A DNA stretch of 64,000 nt. It comes from Obrimoposthia wandeli (lineage: Eukaryota). The stretch lies in contig CDROCS010001209.1 of the NCBI GenBank assembly GCA_977020255.1, positions 1-64,000 of the forward strand, read 5' to 3'. The translations under genes were made by a program, and so were the position numbers. This document shows, piece by piece, positions 59,886 to 64,000 of the stretch (position 1 is its first letter; each line of letters opens with the position of its first letter). The notes beneath the pieces were generated by a model. It had not been told where the DNA came from. It did no database searches and saw only the letters and a list, made by a program, of their open reading frames with translations.

Positions 59886-62306
59886 ATGGCGATAAAAAAA
59901 CTGTTGATCGCATCACTCTTACTCGGTAGCAGTGTTGCGCAGAGCGCGGAACAATTTGTAGTTGATGATATTCGTTTTGAAGGGCTTCAACGTGTCACTA
60001 TGGGGGCTGCATTGTTAAAAATGCCAGTACGTGTAGGTGATAATGTTGATGATCGTGATGTGGCGGAAATTATCCAGGCTCTTTTTGCTTCCGGTAACTT
60101 CGAAGATATTAAAGTATTTCGTGATGGTGAAGCACTGGTTGTTAAAGTGCTTGAGCGTCCGACAATTGCCAATATAACATTTTCGGGAAACAAGGCGATC
60201 AAGGACGAACAACTGACTGATAATCTGGATTCATCGAATCTGCGTATTGGTGAAGCTCTTGATCGTACAACACTCAGCAAAATAGAAAAAGGGTTAGAAG
60301 ACTTTTACTATAGTGTGGGTAAGTACAATGCCAGCGTGAAAGCGGTTGTTACTCCACTGCCACGAAATCGTTCCGATCTCAAGTTTGTCTTCACTGAAGG
60401 TGTATCTGCAAAAATTCAGCAGATCAACTTCATTGGTAATGACATATATACAGATGCAGAACTGAGCAGTAAATTTAACCTGAAGGCTGATATTCCATGG
60501 TGGAATTTCCTTGCTGATGAAAAATATCAAAAGCAAGTGTTGGCTGGTGATTTAGAAGTTTTACGATCGCAATACTTGAATAATGGTTACTTGAAATACA
60601 AATTAGACGCCACTCAAGTGTCAATATCTCCTGATAAAAAGGGTGTGTATATCACGCTTAAAATCAGTGAGGGCGAACAATATAAAGTGAAAGATGTGAC
60701 ATTCCGTGGTGACTTATCGAAAGATAATAAAGACCTAAACGAGCTTGTTACATTCAACGCTGGCGATACCTATAACGGTGCGCAGGTAACGGCACTTGAA
60801 GAAGCGGTTAAGCGAACATTAGGTGAATCTGGTTATGCGTATCCTCAGGTAACGACCATTCCTGATTTTGATGACGATAATAATGAAGTATCACTGCTTG
60901 TAAACGTTGAATCTGGAAAGCGTATTTATGTACGTAATATCCAGTTCTCTGGTAACACATCAACAAAAGATGAAGTGTTACGTCGAGAGATGCGTCAAAT
61001 GGAAGGCAGTTGGCTGAATTCTAAATCTATTGAAAGCGGTAAGAGTCGTTTGAATCGAACGGGCTTTTTTGAAACTGTCGATGTACAAACCGTTCGTGTT
61101 CCGGGTTCTGATGATGAAGTCGATATCAAATATGTTGTGAAAGAGGCTAATGCCGGTAGCATTAACTTCGGTGTTGGTTATGGTACTGAATCAGGTATCA
61201 GCTTCCAAGCAGGTATTCAGCAAGATAACTTCTTAGGTACCGGTAACCGTTTTGGCATCAATGCGATGATGAACGATTATCAAAAAAATGTCAGCTTAGA
61301 ATACCGTGACCCTTACTTCACGATCGATGGTATCAGCTTAGGTGGTAAAATTTACTACAATGAGTTTGAAGCATCGGATGCAAACATTTCAGACTATACC
61401 AACCAAAGTTATGGTACCAGTTTGACATGGGGTTTCCCGTTTGATGAATTAAACTTCTTCGAATTTGGGCTTGGTTACGATCATAACAAGATCTCGAATA
61501 CCCAAGAATATTACCAGATTGAAAAGTTCAAAAAGATCCATGGCTTCGATCGAGGTCAAAATGTGATCGAATTGGATGACTTTGATTGGTCTGTTTCATG
61601 GACACGTAACAACTTGAACCGTGGCTATTTCCCGACGGCGGGTAATCATCAACGTGCATCATTCCGAATGACAATTCCGGGCTCTGATGCTCAGTATTTT
61701 AAAACGCAGTACGATGTTCGCCAATATTTCCCATTAAACGATGGGCATGATTTTAGCTTATTACTTCGTGGTCGTTTAGGTTACGGTAATGGTTATGGCA
61801 CAACAGACAATGGTAGTGATCAATTACTGCCATTCTATGAAAACTTCTACGCGGGTGGTTTCACTACGCTACGTGGTTTCCGTTCTAACACTGTTGGTCC
61901 TAAAGCTGTTTATGTCGGTGGTTGTAGTTCGGGTAGCTCAATTGGTGGTAACAACAATTGTGCAACGGGTACTGATGATGCAGCAGGTGGTAACGCCGTT
62001 GCATTAGCAAGCGTAGAGCTTATAGTTCCGACTCCGTTTGCATCCGATGAAATTCGTAACCAGATCCGTACTAGTCTATTTATTGATGCTGGTACAGTGT
62101 GGGATACGGAATATGATTTGAAAGATACTGACGGTAAATATCTTGAAGATTATTCCGACATGGGATTAATTCGTGCGTCATATGGTGCTGCTTTACAGTG
62201 GATGTCACCTATGGGCCCATTGGTATTCTCGATTGCTCGTCCGATCAAGAAATACGACGGTGATGATGAAGAATTCTTCACATTCACCATTGGAAAAACA
62301 TTCTAA
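59886..62306 (+). CDS. bamA: Outer membrane protein assembly factor BamA
   Basis: Signal peptide, POTRA domains, LRGFRSN loop 6 motif, C-terminal FTFTIGKTF. Confidence 0.98.
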   Translation: MAIKKLLIASLLLGSSVAQSAEQFVVDDIRFEGLQRVTMGAALLKMPVRVGDNVDDRDVAEIIQALFASGNFEDIKVFRDGEALVVKVLERPTIANITFSGNKAIKDEQLTDNLDSSNLRIGEALDRTTLSKIEKGLEDFYYSVGKYNASVKAVVTPLPRNRSDLKFVFTEGVSAKIQQINFIGNDIYTDAELSSKFNLKADIPWWNFLADEKYQKQVLAGDLEVLRSQYLNNGYLKYKLDATQVSISPDKKGVYITLKISEGEQYKVKDVTFRGDLSKDNKDLNELVTFNAGDTYNGAQVTALEEAVKRTLGESGYAYPQVTTIPDFDDDNNEVSLLVNVESGKRIYVRNIQFSGNTSTKDEVLRREMRQMEGSWLNSKSIESGKSRLNRTGFFETVDVQTVRVPGSDDEVDIKYVVKEANAGSINFGVGYGTESGISFQAGIQQDNFLGTGNRFGINAMMNDYQKNVSLEYRDPYFTIDGISLGGKIYYNEFEASDANISDYTNQSYGTSLTWGFPFDELNFFEFGLGYDHNKISNTQEYYQIEKFKKIHGFDRGQNVIELDDFDWSVSWTRNNLNRGYFPTAGNHQRASFRMTIPGSDAQYFKTQYDVRQYFPLNDGHDFSLLLRGRLGYGNGYGTTDNGSDQLLPFYENFYAGGFTTLRGFRSNTVGPKAVYVGGCSSGSSIGGNNNCATGTDDAAGGNAVALASVELIVPTPFASDEIRNQIRTSLFIDAGTVWDTEYDLKDTDGKYLEDYSDMGLIRASYGAALQWMSPMGPLVFSIARPIKKYDGDDEEFFTFTIGKTF

Positions 62307-62325
62307 TTTTTTGAGGAAAAGTCTT

Positions 62326-62835
62326 TTGAAACAGTGGATTAAAGCAGCAAGTTTAAGTTTGGTTATTTTATCATCTTCAATGTATGCGCAAGCAGCTGAA
62401 GCGGCACAAAAAGTGGGCTATGTTGCAACGGGTCAAGCAATGGCTCAGTTAGCTAAGCGTTACAATGTGTCTGAAAAGCTACGTAAAGAGTTCAAAGATC
62501 GCATTGATGAGCTTCGTGGTATAGAAAACCGAATGAAAACGAAAGTCGAGAAAATGAAGCGTGATGGTGAGTTAATGAGCTCAACTGATCGTACTAAGAT
62601 TCAGCGTGAATTAGCATCTCTTGATTCAACTTACAAGCTAAAGGCTAAAGCACTTCAAGAAGACCAGCGTCGTCGTGGTCAAGAAGAAGAGCAGAAGTTA
62701 GTGATGAAAATTCGTACCGCAATCCAAACTGTAGCGAAGAAAGAAGGCTACGATATCGTGGTTGATGCACAAGCTGTATTGTTTGCAGATCCTAAAGATG
62801 ACTTATCTAATAAAGTTATCACTGCTGTAAAATAA
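62326..62835 (+). CDS. skp: Periplasmic chaperone Skp/OmpH
   Basis: TTG start behind GAGGA; signal peptide; KEFKDRIDEL; AKKEGYDIVVD; between bamA and lpxD. Confidence 0.92.
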   Translation: MKQWIKAASLSLVILSSSMYAQAAEAAQKVGYVATGQAMAQLAKRYNVSEKLRKEFKDRIDELRGIENRMKTKVEKMKRDGELMSSTDRTKIQRELASLDSTYKLKAKALQEDQRRRGQEEEQKLVMKIRTAIQTVAKKEGYDIVVDAQAVLFADPKDDLSNKVITAVK

Positions 62836-62915
62836 AGTGATTATTCTCTTAACGCTATTTTGCCTAACAGCAAGATAGCGTTGAGCTGAGCAGTTATAAA
62901 AGAATAAGGTTAACA

Positions 62916-63941
62916 ATGGCACGTATTACTCTTGCTGAAATAGCAGATAAATTGGGTGCAGAACTTCGTGGAGATGGTTCTGTAGAAATTCAATCAATTG
63001 CTGGCATGGAAAAAGCGACTGAAGGGCAAATTACCTTCTTATCTGCAAGTAAGTACCGTAAACATTTAGCAGAATGTCAGGCGTCAGCAGTCATGCTGAA
63101 AGACACTGATTTACCGTTTTTTGATGGTAATGCACTGGTACTGAAAGACCCATATTTAGGGTATGCACTTCTTGCTCAATTATTGGATACAACACCTAAA
63201 TCTGCTTCAAATATTGCGCCATCTGCATATATTGCTGATGATGCCATTATCGGTGAAGGTGCTGCTATTGGCCATAATGCAGTTATTGAATCAGGCGCAC
63301 AAATTGGTGCTAACGTACAGATAGGTGCAGGCTGTTTTATTGGGCAGAATGCAATTATTGGTGCAGGCAGTAAAATTTGGGCGAATGTCTCTATTTACCA
63401 CTGTGTGACATTAGGAACAGATTGCTTAATACAATCAGGTGCTGTAATCGGTTCTGATGGTTTTGGTTATGCTAATGATCGTGGTAAGTGGGTCAAAATC
63501 CCACAATTAGGTTCTGTACATGTTGGTAACAATGTAGAAATTGGTGCATGTACTACCATTGACCGCGGTGCGCTCGATGATACCGTCATTGCTGATGGCG
63601 TTATTATTGATAATCATTGTCAAATTGCCCATAACGTCTCTATCGGTGAAAACACGGCGATTGCTGGTGCAGCAACGATGGCCGGTAGCTTAAAGATTGG
63701 TAAGCATTGCTTTATTGGTGGCGCCGCTGTGATTAATGGTCATATAGAAATTACTGATGGTGTTACGATTACTGGTATGGGGATGGTAATGCGCCCTATC
63801 AGTGAACCTGGTGTATACTCATCAGGAATACCGTTGCAGGCTAATCGCGAATGGCGTAAAACAGCGGCTCGAGTGATGAAGATTGAAGAGATGAATAAAC
63901 GCCTCAAATCGGTTGAAAAAAAGCTGAATGAGAGCGACTAA
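62916..63941 (+). CDS. lpxD: UDP-3-O-acyl-glucosamine N-acyltransferase
   Basis: Hexapeptide repeats, [25 protein letters not shown]. Confidence 0.97.
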   Translation: MARITLAEIADKLGAELRGDGSVEIQSIAGMEKATEGQITFLSASKYRKHLAECQASAVMLKDTDLPFFDGNALVLKDPYLGYALLAQLLDTTPKSASNIAPSAYIADDAIIGEGAAIGHNAVIESGAQIGANVQIGAGCFIGQNAIIGAGSKIWANVSIYHCVTLGTDCLIQSGAVIGSDGFGYANDRGKWVKIPQLGSVHVGNNVEIGACTTIDRGALDDTVIADGVIIDNHCQIAHNVSIGENTAIAGAATMAGSLKIGKHCFIGGAAVINGHIEITDGVTITGMGMVMRPISEPGVYSSGIPLQANREWRKTAARVMKIEEMNKRLKSVEKKLNESD

Positions 63942-64000
63942 TTAGTCTTCAATAGAGTTCGTTGAACTGGCCTGCGCATGCGTAGGCCGTTTTGCGTTTA

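Noticed and set aside
7299-62007. Many antisense or out-of-frame ORFs overlapping core genes (e.g. 8483-8923, 7443-7856, 48414-48722, 56343-56807)
   Set aside because: Shadow frames of well-supported genes with no independent RBS or family signal.

Overview
Chromosomal core-genome window from a Vibrionaceae bacterium, most likely Photobacterium (inferred from 16S variable regions and gene order). It opens inside an rRNA operon: 16S, tRNA-Ile, tRNA-Ala, 23S, two different tandem 5S genes and tRNA-Asp, followed by three decayed tRNA-Asp/terminator repeats. It then runs through an MFS transporter, dapD, SOS-boxed yebG, a YeiE-like LysR/TDT transporter pair, recCBD, argA, mltA, tcdA/csdE/csdA, gcvB/gcvA, rlmM, xni, ppnN, two degenerate GGDEF-type genes, queF, syd, yqcC/truC, glnD, map and the rpsB-tsf-pyrH-frr-uppS-cdsA-dxr-rseP-bamA-skp-lpxD cluster. 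I found no integrase, transposase, phage or cas gene. The most unusual signals are non-coding. (1) A tandem array of three CsrB-family sRNA genes carries about 99 GGA motifs by hand count; each copy has its own UvrY/VarA box exactly 187 bp upstream of its conserved 5' motif, one copy is enlarged by a 50-nt internal repeat, and two copies are nearly identical. (2) A tRNA-Asp-derived repeat array carries shared hairpin insertions. (3) A compact, possibly switchable structured element lies between recC and recB. The rRNA genes carry patchy lesions at universally conserved positions, most likely consensus errors in a collapsed repeat. All calls come from reading the sequence and recalling protein families; no database search or folding program was run.
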